Translations under genes and position numbers: made by a program
Shown: positions 1 to 11,100 of the stretch, one piece after another
Layout: every line of letters begins with the position of its first letter
Numbering within the stretch: the stretch's first letter is position 1
Origin: Clostridia bacterium
Lineage (GTDB): Bacteria; Bacillota; Clostridia; Christensenellales; CAAEEZ01
Direction: 5' to 3'
DNA length: 64,000 bases
Assembly: GCA_900755035.1 (NCBI GenBank)
Contig: CAAEEZ010000014.1
Coordinates: forward strand, 16,863 to 80,862
Notes under the pieces: model-generated
The model's input: the letters and a program-made list of their open reading frames with translations, nothing else
Databases searched by the model: none
What the model was told of the DNA's origin: nothing

Positions 1-272
1 ATTTTCGACGCAGGTTTAAGAAAGATATTCCGTACTGAGATTATAAGCGAAACGACGAAAGATAACCCTAGCCCCCACACGTACAAGTTGGAATATAAAT
101 TGCCGATATTAAACAACTCGAATTTGAAAACGCCCGATATTATAAGACCGTAAATTAGGTATAAAAGTGGTATGTACAGCCCCAAAAACAGCATAATATA
201 GGCAATAACGTGTAATAAAAAATTTACTACCGAGCCTATCGTTTTGCCAAGTAGTAAAATAATGGTAATCAT
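1..272 (-). CDS. Integral membrane protein, N-terminal part only (gene runs off the left edge of the window)
   Basis: It is absent from the ORF track because no stop codon is reached. Hand translation of the minus strand from ATG 272..270 gives MITIILLLGKTIGSVVNFLLHVIAYIMLFLGLYIPLLYLIYGLIISGVFKFELFNIGNLYSNLYVWGLGLSFVVSLIISVRNIFLKPASK. This frame stays open to position 1 and is strongly hydrophobic. Its ATG overlaps the TGA stop of the TetR gene (ATGA). Confidence 0.5.
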   Translation of the reverse strand, partial: MITIILLLGKTIGSVVNFLLHVIAYIMLFLGLYIPLLYLIYGLIISGVFKFELFNIGNLYSNLYVWGLGLSFVVSLIISVRNIFLKPASK

Positions 273-823
273 ATTTTGATGAACTGCAATAGGCTGGCAA
301 TTTCCACGCCTTGCAAGCCTGCTAAGTCTTGAACGATAATTCCGTCGATTAGTACTAGTAGAAGGGTAGCGTAGTCTTCGCTGATTTTGTCGTCGTGAAT
401 TCTATCGTTTATTTTCATGCTAAGTAAATCTCGCCATATTACGTAATTTTCCCTAAACAGCGTCATAAAGTGTTCCTCGTTAGATAGGGCTTTGTTTATT
501 AAGTATAGGTGAAGTTTGCCACGTGGCGCTTCGTTTCTTGCGCCGTATTCAAGTACGTAATTCGTCAGTCGATTTATCGAGGTATCTTTATTGGCGTTGT
601 CAATCCAACTTAAAAAGTCGCCGGCAAGGTCGTTAAGATATTGTTTTATGATGTCGACGAAAATCAAGTCCTTCGACGAATAGTAGTAAAATAGCGTACC
701 TTTCGATATGCCTATTGCTTTTGCAATATCGCCAAGCGATACATTGTCTACTTCGTTTTCGTTGATAAGTTTAATGGTTTCGTTGATAATATCCTGTTTT
801 GAAATATTTTTTTTAGTTGCCAT
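269..823 (-). CDS. TetR/AcrR family transcriptional regulator
   Basis: 184 aa. The N-terminal helix-turn-helix signature (VDNVSLGDIAKAIGISKGTLFYYYSSKD) is typical of TetR_N, and the C-terminal half is helical and variable. Confidence 0.85.
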   Translation of the reverse strand: MATKKNISKQDIINETIKLINENEVDNVSLGDIAKAIGISKGTLFYYYSSKDLIFVDIIKQYLNDLAGDFLSWIDNANKDTSINRLTNYVLEYGARNEAPRGKLHLYLINKALSNEEHFMTLFRENYVIWRDLLSMKINDRIHDDKISEDYATLLLVLIDGIIVQDLAGLQGVEIASLLQFIKI

Positions 824-828
824 AGTTA

Positions 829-863
829 CCCCTTTAATGTTAAAATGATAACATTATAAAGGG
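829..863. promoter_or_regulatory. Palindromic candidate TetR operator in the divergent intergenic region
   Basis: There is a perfect 8-bp inverted repeat, TAATGTTA (835..842) - N6 - TAACATTA (849..856). It is extended by CCCCTTT / AAAGGG outer arms with a 2-nt bulge. It lies between the tetR start (823) and the divergent gene start (916) and overlaps a possible TTGCCA-N18-TAAAAT promoter (817..846). Confidence 0.45.
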
Positions 864-915
864 CAAAATGTCAAGGCTTACCTTGAATACGAATAAGGAG
901 AAAGGAGAGAATTAT

Positions 916-1821
916 ATGTTTGAGCATTGTTACGAGAATTATCAAAATTACGGAAAATGTATGGTTATGAAAAATAACGGGCTTACCGTTAAAGTTACCG
1001 TGGACGTAGGACCAAGAATTATTTACTTTGGTAACGATATGCAAAACTTTATGTGGAACGACCTAGACAGAGTAGTAGATAAAGGTGGAGAGTTTTTTGA
1101 CCAAAACTTCAAAAAGGGCGAAAAATGGTATATCTACGGCGGACATAGATTGTGGAAGTCGCCGGAGGACCTGGCTAGTTACAACCCTGATAACTATCCT
1201 GTCGAGATAATTTTAGGGGAAAACGACGTAACCTTCTTTTCAAAGGAACAAAAGACTACGGGGCTAAAAACGGGCTTTAAGATAAATTTTGAAGAGGACG
1301 GCGTAAAAATAACGCATATTTTCAAAAACGTTAGTGACAAGGTAGTAAAATGCAGTTTGTGGGGGCTTAGCGTACTTAAACAAGGTGGCGTAGAGATTAT
1401 CCCTGTAAACGACGACGAAACGGGATTATTGCCAAATAGAAATTTCGTATTTTGGGCGTATTCTGATTTTAACGACCCAAGGCTAAAAATAGATAACGAA
1501 TTTTGCACTTTGGCGCAAGACAATAAAAATACTAATGCGTTTAAGCTTGGTATGCTTTCAAAAAAAGGCATTTCCTGCTACCTAGTTGACGGCGATTTGT
1601 TCGTAAAAAGGTTTGAAAACGTAGAGGGTGAGTACGCTGATTATTGTTGTAACTTCGAAACGTATACTTCGGAAAACTTCTTGGAAATGGAAACGTTAAG
1701 CCCGCTTTACGAGATAAATCCAGGTGAAGAAAAAACGCACGTTGAAAAATGGACTGCGTATTTTGGCATTGGTAAAAACAAGGATTTCGACGGGGTAAAA
1801 TCGTTTATAAAAACGCTATAA
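916..1821 (+). CDS. Hypothetical cytoplasmic protein, possibly a galactose-mutarotase-like fold (DUF4380-like)
   Basis: The ORF track starts at 868, but ATG 916 is preceded by the strong RBS AAGGAGAAAGGAGAG. Motifs YGGHRLWKSPE and LEMETLSPL...PGE recall DUF4380/aldose-epimerase-like proteins. That assignment is from memory only. Confidence 0.55.
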   Translation: MFEHCYENYQNYGKCMVMKNNGLTVKVTVDVGPRIIYFGNDMQNFMWNDLDRVVDKGGEFFDQNFKKGEKWYIYGGHRLWKSPEDLASYNPDNYPVEIILGENDVTFFSKEQKTTGLKTGFKINFEEDGVKITHIFKNVSDKVVKCSLWGLSVLKQGGVEIIPVNDDETGLLPNRNFVFWAYSDFNDPRLKIDNEFCTLAQDNKNTNAFKLGMLSKKGISCYLVDGDLFVKRFENVEGEYADYCCNFETYTSENFLEMETLSPLYEINPGEEKTHVEKWTAYFGIGKNKDFDGVKSFIKTL

Positions 1822-1917
1822 AACAGGTGAGAATTTTCTAAAAATTACGAAATTCAAAAAAATCAGCACGTGTTTTTGAATTTTTGATTATTTTTATAAA
1901 AATTGCAAAAAAAATTT

Positions 1918-1949
1918 ATCGCACTACAAATTGTGGTGCGATTTTTTTT
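1918..1949 (+). terminator. Rho-independent terminator after the 916..1821 gene
   Basis: ATCGCAC ... GTGCGAT stem followed by a T8 run. Confidence 0.5.
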
Positions 1950-2025
1950 GACCACAATTCCCTTAGATTTTTGCAAAAAAAATCGAAAAAAAGTGCAAAT
2001 TTTAACTATTTTTTTTGCCTTAATA

Positions 2026-2054
2026 TTGACTTATTCGTTTTTGTAAATTAAAAT
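2026..2054 (+). promoter_or_regulatory. Sigma-A type promoter of the giant gene
   Basis: TTGACT (2026..2031), a 17-nt spacer, then TAAAAT (2049..2054). The RBS GAGAGG lies 6-7 nt upstream of ATG 2108. Confidence 0.5.
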
Positions 2055-2107
2055 AAATATGTGCTTATATTATATATACGCACGTGATGTAAAATTGAGA
2101 GGTAATT

Positions 2108-2185
2108 ATGAGAAAGTTGTTTAGTTGGAAAAAACTCGTTTTGGTTGCAGTATGCATCGCAATGGTTTTCACCTTCGTTGCATGT
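2108..2185 (+). other. Sec/SPase II lipoprotein signal peptide with lipobox F-V-A-C (Cys26)
   Basis: In MRKLFSWKKLVLVAVCIAMVFTFVAC|GEKT there is a basic n-region, a hydrophobic h-region, and a lipobox ending at Cys26 (2183..2185). Confidence 0.75.
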
Positions 2186-5100
2186 GGCGAAAAAACGAAC
2201 GTCGGCGGTAACGTCGTAGACAATCCTACTTTTAACCAAGAGTTCGGTCAATTACAAAGCGACCCTACTTCTGCGTTAAGTAAAGTGGCAGCGGCGCTGT
2301 TTACTGAAAGGGAAAACAAAAACAAAGTTAACCTAGGTTTTAACGGTGACCTAAAACTTAAACTTGGAAATAACGAACTTGTAGATATCAACGTGGACCT
2401 TCGTCTAAGCGTTGATAGAAAAGATGCAAGTGGTTCGAAGTTTAGTTTGGTAATAAACCGTAAAGGAAAAGATGGTGTTCAAAACCCGAAGATGCTACTT
2501 GGGGCGTACTTCGACGGGGTTGAATTGAAGGTGGACGCTCGTGGTACAAACGGGCATTTTTACGTTGTTGACACCGATATTATTTATCTTGTAAATCTTA
2601 TCGCGTCGGCTATAAATCAAACGCCGATAGAGGATACGTTGCAAGACGTAAGTAAGTACATAAAATCTTTGTTCCCTGTTCTTGGCGCAAGTATGGTAAA
2701 AGCAGGGGCAATGGACGTGTATGAGAAGTACGTTGCCGAGACGAATTCCTCGCAAATTACTTCGACCATCTACTTGAAGAAAACGATTATGTACGTAAAC
2801 AAGTTCCTAAGCGGTAACGGCGATATTAAAGGCGACTTGTACGAAACTATCGTTGGAATGGTTGGCGCAGACAAAATAAACCAAATCATCACGACGCTTA
2901 ACAAAGTTGCTAAATTCGTGCCTGACAACGCAACTATAAATATAGGTCTTGGCGTTATTGGCGCAAACGATAATTACAACCTAGTAAACGGCTCGTTCAA
3001 AGTTGGTTTTTCTAGCTTAGAGGCAGGCGTAACTGCGGTAGAACTAAGTATGGACGACCAAGCCGATTACGTTAAAAAACCTACCGATCCTCCTAGCGAA
3101 GAGGAAATTGACCGTGCAAAACTAGGTGCGGTTGCTTTTGACGTTGGTCTTGACGTAAGAATTACGAAAGGTAAAGTTTCTTTTGCAGATATCGACAAAG
3201 CACTTGGCGGAATACTAAACGGCTTTGTTCAAGGACTAGACCAAGATATTGATTTTAGCAAAAACTATATAGAAGTACCGGAAAGCGTTGGTACGGCTTT
3301 GCGTATTTCTTTTGCATTCCAACTAGATATAAAAGATAACAACAAAACAAACATTCTCGCAGAAATATATTTTGATAGCAACGGTAACGAAAAGAACGAT
3401 GACGGTAAGTCTTTGTTGCAAATTTATTATGTAGGTAAAGACCAAGCCTTCTATATCGATTTATCAGGATTTGGTAAGGCAAGCACTCTACCTAATAAAT
3501 TAAAGATTACAAAAGACTTAAACGGTAATTCTATTAACCTAACTCAAATGTTCTCGGATTTTATCCAAAAGATGATTACAGAGAGCGGTAAACTTGATTT
3601 CTCAACCGTAATTTCTATGGTAGCGGACGTATTTGGCAAGGATAAAGCCCCTGTAACCGAGGAGCAAGTTCAAACAATTAACCAAAAAATGCTTAACGAA
3701 TACGCTATTCCTACCGTAACTAACGAGCAAGGCGGAACTTCAATCGACGTAATGGCTATCGTTAAAATAATTTTGAAAGAATTACAATGGGACTACAACG
3801 ATAACGGCTCTTTCTACGGCTTCTCAGTAGAGATTTCGGCAAAAATGTTTAGGGAAATATTTGCCCAAATGGGTATGGATATTTCTCTATTAAAAGGTGC
3901 GTCGCTAGGTATTCACGTTACGCCGGATAAAGGTTTGGGAATTGAACTTGACGTAACTATAAACGCTGAAACTTACAAGGCTAACGGAGCAGACGAAGAT
4001 ATTGCAAACGATTTCCCTACTATGAACTTAGGGCTTGAAGTTTATATCGATTTATTTAAGGCGTTTGACGAAAGCAGGTTGCCTGCAGATAGACTAGACA
4101 ATAATTGGCAAACTCTTGAATTAAAATCAAAGGTTGATGAAAATGGCAAACTAGATATACTAAATTCTTTGCTTGCATCGTTATCGGGTAAAAAGGTATA
4201 TCTAAGTGCTGCTGCTCAATTTGATTTGCACGTAGACCAAAGTAACGGTGAAATCAACGTTGGCTCGTCGCTAAATAGTTCGATAGGTGGAGCGCTTGGC
4301 GCTGCTCTTGCCGACCTACAATTAAAGACGGGTGCAATAGACGTAACTTATACGCTAAAACTTGTTGCAAACGTAGATCTTGGCTCGTTAGTGAATATAA
4401 ATACCACCGAAGACGTAATGACGATAATCAAAAAAGTCCTTGGTGGCGACCAAGAATTAAGCATTACTTTAACTGCTAACTACGGACCGTACGGCGGACA
4501 AAAAGACGAAGAGATTTTGGCAATGCTACTAAGCAAGGGAGCATTGTATTTTGACGCCGAAAATATCGGTATTCCTAAAACTAAGATAGAACTTGATTCG
4601 TTATTCGAGGCAATCGACGGCTTATTGAAGAAACCGGAGAAAAACGATACTCCGTCTACTTCTGAGGCGACCGCAAGCGACCCTAACGCAACGATTAAAA
4701 CCGTGATTGCAATTCTTTCTAACGTAGACGTTATTAAAGTTATGGAGGGTGAAATTGCAATCGCTCTAAACAGCGCATTCCTAAACGTTTTAATCCCTAT
4801 GTTCGTAGGTGGTGGCTCTACGGGTCAAGCAGGTGATACCACGACGGGTACTATCGACCTAACGATGTCCAAAATTGAACTTGGTATCGACTTTAACAGC
4901 GATATTTTCAACAAGGATAAGGACTTTGAAAGCGTATTTAACAAAATGACTATCTATCTGGATTTGGCTACCGATCTAAGTGGAACGCAAGTTAACTTAG
5001 GCGTTAGAATTGGTGGAATAAATCTAGGTATCGTAGATACTAACGTAGATGAAGATTTGAAGGTAAGAAAAGCCTTCTTCCAAAATAGAAACGAGGACGA

Positions 5101-8100
5101 ATTTACTAATCCGTTAGAGAATAGTTTGTTAAACTTCGGTTTGACAGGTACGTTTAGATTAACGGGAGATGGCGAATTTACGTTTAATAATAAACCGCTT
5201 AATGGCGAAATAGGCGAGTTGTTGTCTACTTTGGCATTAATCATAGGTATGGATAACTTAAATGCAGTTATCAATTTGAATTTTGCTGCAGCTATTGACC
5301 TATCTAACTTTGAAAGCAATAATACTCAAATAGCTTTGACGCTAACTAATGCTAGCAATGATTTAATAGTAGGAGTTTACGTATACGATAAGTACGTGTA
5401 CGTAAATATTCCCGGACTGATTAAACCTTTCAGGCTTGAATTCGACGTAGTAAGTCTAATTTACGATTTAATTCAAGGCAATATTAAGTTGCCTGGAAAA
5501 GGCGAGGGACAAAACCCTGGTGGCGCAGTTGCGACTGCTGAAGGAGACGTTACTCAAGCAGAAGTACTTCGTTCTCTAATAAGTGTATCTACAAAAACTG
5601 CTAACGTAACTTTATCTTCTAATATGATTAAAGGTTTAGTATCGGCTCTTGTTGGTAGTATGACCAAAGGCGACGAAACGAATCCTCCTAAGATTGACCC
5701 ACAACTTGGCGACGAAATTATATCGCTAGTACAAACGTTGCCGTTTGACATTATGTTCATTGGTAGCGTATCGCACGAGTACGACGGCGAAGGCGCTGAT
5801 ACTTTCCTAGATAACTTGGTAGTTGACCTAAATATCTACGTAGGCGAGAAACTGGTAGAAGCGTACGAGCGTGGCGATGATTTGTCAAAACCACAAAACG
5901 GTGTAGTAGGACTAGGAATTAAACTAGGCGATATATATATAGATTATATAGATAGTAATAGTAAATTAGATGTTATAAGAGCGGCACTAGAAGAAAATAG
6001 GTACGACGACCTAGGCAAAATAGAGTCCGTAACTAACTTTGACATCAAAAATATACTAGCAAATACCAAAGCATCGCTTGCTTTTGACGGTTACTTATCG
6101 ATAACTTCTAACGGTGTTGATATCGGCTCAGACCAAACGATAGACAATAACATCATGATAGAGTTAAAAGAAATCATGAATACGCTACCTGAATTATTGA
6201 TAAATATAGGGGCGTTGCAAGTCGGCAAAGCAGATTTAATGAAGTTGTACTTCCACTTGGCAGTATCTGCTGATATAGGCGCAATACTTGATGGAAACTA
6301 TAACGACGCTATCGAGTTGTCGCTTGGTATTTATAGAGAAAAGTTTATAGATTACACTACTAGTGATAATGATAAACTCCTAAGCGTAGTGGTACTTTCC
6401 GGTAAAAATAGCGGAACGAAGGGCGTAACGTTATACGTGGACGCAAAAGGTCTTGCCGCAGAAGGTACTAATAACGATATTTTAAGTGGAAAGATTAAGC
6501 TTGAAAATATCGATCTAAATAGTTTGTTTGGAAGCTTGGGTATTCAAGAAACTGCAAGCGCAACCGCTGACGACTTTAATACCACGATGGTAAAAATGAA
6601 CGGCGTTATAGGTATAATAAACAGTGCATTACAAGCTATTTCTATAAGTAATAGTGGCTTGACCGTAAATCTTGGTGAAAAACTAATCGGTGTTATCGTA
6701 AATTTAATTACGAAAAACGACGGTTCGGTAAATGCAGGCGCATTGCCACTTACGGCAGGGGATATTAGGCTTGTTCTAAAACAATATGAAGAACAAGGTA
6801 TTACGTACGAGCCTGGATTACATGCCAAACTTGGCTTTAAGAATAAGGACGGTGGAGATACTGCGATTGCACTTGGTATCGGTCTATACAACTTGAATAT
6901 CGCATTTGCAAAAATGTCAGGTGCGTTCTTGCATGAAGATACTTTCGATACTTCTGAATACGTTTCTTTGCAAGAATTAAAACAAGTATCCGTATCGCTT
7001 GATTTAGGTTTGGACGTTGATATGAAAGAAGGCGTACATAACCTTAACCTATTAAATAAATACGGTAAGTTTATTGGCTCGCTTCAAAGCGTACTTGCAT
7101 TAACCGAAGAAGGCGGAAAGATCGTTATTGACCAAGGTGGCGCGGCTAAGGACTTGCACCTAAACGTATTGGTTCAAGGACAAATTGGCATTGCCGACGT
7201 AAATGCTACTGAGGTAAAACTACTTGTAACTAGCCATCCAACGCAAAAAGATAGATTAGACAAAACAAACGGTAAAGTTTTGGTTGCTATCTATTTGTAT
7301 AAAGATGAAATTTACGTTCAAAGCGATATATTAAATATAACCAACTTCAAAATCCCTAGTCTTGGTATCAGCCAATATATCAGCGACACCATAGGTGATT
7401 TGTTAAGTGGTGCAGGTGCTCAAGCTGCGGCGTTTGCTACGGCTAGCGAAGGACTTGATTTCTTAATCGGCGACAGAATGGCTGAAATAACCATAAGCAA
7501 AGTATTCTTGTCGACTTTGATTAAATACTTAGTACCTGCTGAAAGCGCAGACCTTGTAGACGCTATAATTAACAACTTGTTCCAAGGTTTGAAATTAGAT
7601 ATAAATCTAAGAACTATGTCGGCTTCGATTAACTTAGATGCAATTCTAAACGAAAAACCTGATAGCACGGGTGGACTAATTAACGCTACCTTAGCAATGC
7701 AAGGACTAGAAATTAGCGTATTTGAAAAGAATTTTATAAGCGAAGCAGATAAACAAACGTTTGCTAATTGTACTGAGGCAAAAACCAATGCATTTATTGA
7801 ATTTGGCGCAAGCGCAAGTATTAAGAGAGAAAAGATTACGGAGGATAAACAATTAACTCCGGATAATATCTTTGGACAATTAGCCGGCGTAGTGGACAAT
7901 TTGGATATGTTAGACCCTAATATCAGAGGTACTATCAATAGTATATTAAGGTCATTATATATCAATATTATGAGTGCTAAGGATGGTCAAGGTGTTCCTA
8001 CTGATGATGGTATGTATGTAAAATTAAACGTACTTGTACAAGTAAACCTTGATTGGAATAGTTGGCAATCGCTTGACCTAAGTAAATCTTCGTTTAGATT

Positions 8101-11100
8101 GTTACTTACCGATACGGGCAACAATCCTGTATTGGACGTATATCTAATAGGTTCTAACGATACTATGTATATTGACGCTCCTTTACTTGGTACTAACACC
8201 AAACTAGCGTTAAATGGTATCAACCTAATCGAACTTTACGAGCAAAGCAAAAACCCGGACGGCGGCGAAACCGTAAGTGAACTATCTACGGCAACTGCCG
8301 GCGTTGATATGCAAAAAATACTAGGAATAATCGACGGTGTTATCGGCAAAATCGAATTTGCCGATGGCGGAATGAGCGTAGGATTCGCTCCTAAGGCGCT
8401 AGTTGCTATTGCAGGCGCGTTAGGTCTTGTTCCTAGCCTAGATAGTGGACTTGTAGACGCAGTTGGTTCACTTGTTGAAACGTTACCTAATACTAGTGAA
8501 GGCAGTGGAATTTATATTGATTACGCAAAAGAAGTAAATAATAAAACTTCACCGGTGGTTGGATTAAGATACGGTTTAGACGGCGTTGGTATGATCGACA
8601 TCAATCTAAATCACTATGCTCTTGGTGCAGTTAATGATTTTGCTAGTGTGGACGTTACTACGTTGCCGTTTAAGGATAAAGACGGCCTTGCAAAAATGAG
8701 AGATTTTGCTAAGTACGATGGTGAGTACAGCAATTTGTCTAAACTACAAAATATTCAACTTGATATTAAAGGCGAGTTAAAGGCAGGACTTGAAAGCAAT
8801 AAAACGAATCCTATGGATTTAAGTAGTATGGTTCAAGGCGTGCTAGGTTCGATATTATCGCTTGCTCCACTTCAAGAAATAGGTGCTAAGATTTATTCGG
8901 ACGTAAAAGGCACGGACGTACTAAATTTCAGAGTTCAAGCAAACCTAGATATTGCTCATATCGTTGAAAATCTACAACTTGGCTTGACTGTTTACAAGAA
9001 AAATTCTACTAGCGAAGCCCTAATTGAAGTGTTCTACGATAAAGGTTCGTTATATGTAAACGCTCCTGATTATCTAGGCGAAAAAGCATTGAAGATTGCT
9101 AATTTGCTAGAACTATTTAGTGGCAACGGCGGTGCTTCTAGTACTGCTACGGGCGAGGGCGAAACCTTACCTAGCGAAACAATTAAGCAAGCGGCTGCAC
9201 TTAACGTTATTTTTGGTAAAGAGTTCGTTGGCGTGCACGTAACTAGCGGTATCTTTGCAATTTTAGTACAGTTATTGCAAGGAATGGATATCAACCTAAC
9301 CGAAGATATGTTTGCAAGCCTTGAAAATCAATTCGATATAGGTATCGAAATTGGTTCTACTAACGTAGACGAACATCTAAGCCTACCAGAGTTGTATGCT
9401 AGCCTATCTATTAAATTCGGCCCGGTAATGCTTGGCTTAAAGGCAAGCGAGCCAAGAGTTTCAATCGGTTCTAAGGAAAGCATAGTTCCTCAAAGAATTA
9501 TAGATAATTCGGCGCATTTCTCAGAAGTAACGTTCAGAGTTCAAGCAGAAGGTAGATTAGGTATAAGCGCAGATAAGACTATATTAGACTTAAATGCGTT
9601 GCTAAAAGAATTTGGCGTAAACGAAACGCTAGACTTTGGCGTTGATATCGCAAATCCTAACGACCCTAACGGTAAACCTATCAATCTACACTTAGGACTA
9701 GAATTAGACGCTGAAATTTGTCTTGGCGATATTAGTAAGTGTAATATCGCTTTAAGGGTAAACGCTTACAAAGACGAATATTCGTTTAGCGCTACTAACC
9801 CTAGCGAGCAAAAGAAAATAGGCGAAGTACTTGCATTGTATATGCACAAAAACAGCCTATATCTAGACTTAAAGAACAATATTATTGAGCTAACCGAAGT
9901 ACATATCAATACTGAGGCGCTAACGGGAATTATCGACGCTATTAAGGGCGCTATTTCCGGCGAGCAAACGACTGCTCCTGGTCAAAGTGGCGCAGTATCA
10001 ACGGCAGAGGCTACTGCTAACGATACGGCCAAAGAGCAACTAATATTATCTAACCTAATTCAACTTAACTTCAACGGCGTTGGCGCTGCCGACGGCGAAG
10101 GAGTATTTAGCGATTTGGGTAGCATCACTGCTGAAATTGGTGGTGTTGTAATCCAAAAAGTGCTTGAAATGCTTGGTCTAAATCACCTTGCAGGCGCAGG
10201 ACTTGCAGCCGTTATCAAAATTGATACCCCTACCGAAGGAAATAGCAATTTTGGTATTGGCATAAACGTAGTAACCGGTGATAACAGCACGTTGATAAAT
10301 AATCTAGGCTTGTACGTATGGCTCGGAAATATCAAAGTTGTTAAACAAAGCGAAAATACCGAAGAAAGTAGAAAGGCAAGTTTGTTGCCTCCTGCGGAGC
10401 TTGTTCAAAATGCATTTGAATTAAGCGATTTATACAAACAATTTATAAGCGTAGATATTACGGCAAGCTTGTCTATGATGACTTCTACCGTAGAGCCGCC
10501 TACCGATACGGACGAAAACGCAGGTGATAATAGCTTGATTATGAAGAATTTAATTACGGAATTCTTCAAAGGTTTCGTTCCTTGGATGCCGGACTTCGTG
10601 GCTCAGCTAGAAATCATAGGCAAGGAAAACGGTATGACGTACGAAGACTTTATGTCGTCGCACGCAATTAGGTTGCAAGCAAACGTAAACCTTGGAATGC
10701 TTATCAACAACAAAACTTGTACCATATGTAAGAAGGACTTTAATAGTTCGGATGCTATCTACCAAGCGAAGAAAGTTTGTCCATATTGCGGGGCAAGTAA
10801 CGAGCAAATAGAGGATAAAGGTTTCTACCTAGACGATATCGACTTAGGTATCGAAATTTTGAGAAACACCAAAGTTGAACTTGCTACCGTAAGCGAAACG
10901 CTACTTGGCTTGTATATTAGAAATAGCCAAATTGCTTTCTACGGCGAGCCGTTTGGACTAAACAACTTCGTTATCGAAAGAGATGCAGTTGAAAGCATTG
11001 CAAATACTATTAAGTATATTATCGGTCAAGGCACTTCGTCAGGCGCTTCTAACGGCGCATTATCTACGGCAGGCGAAAGCGGTGGTGAAACTAGTGGCGC

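Noticed and set aside
109-300. The 63-aa minus-strand ORF from the track.
   Set aside because: It overlaps, in a different frame, the better-supported hydrophobic ORF 1..272, which is ATGA-coupled to tetR. Its own translation is Tyr/Cys/Phe-rich with no start context.
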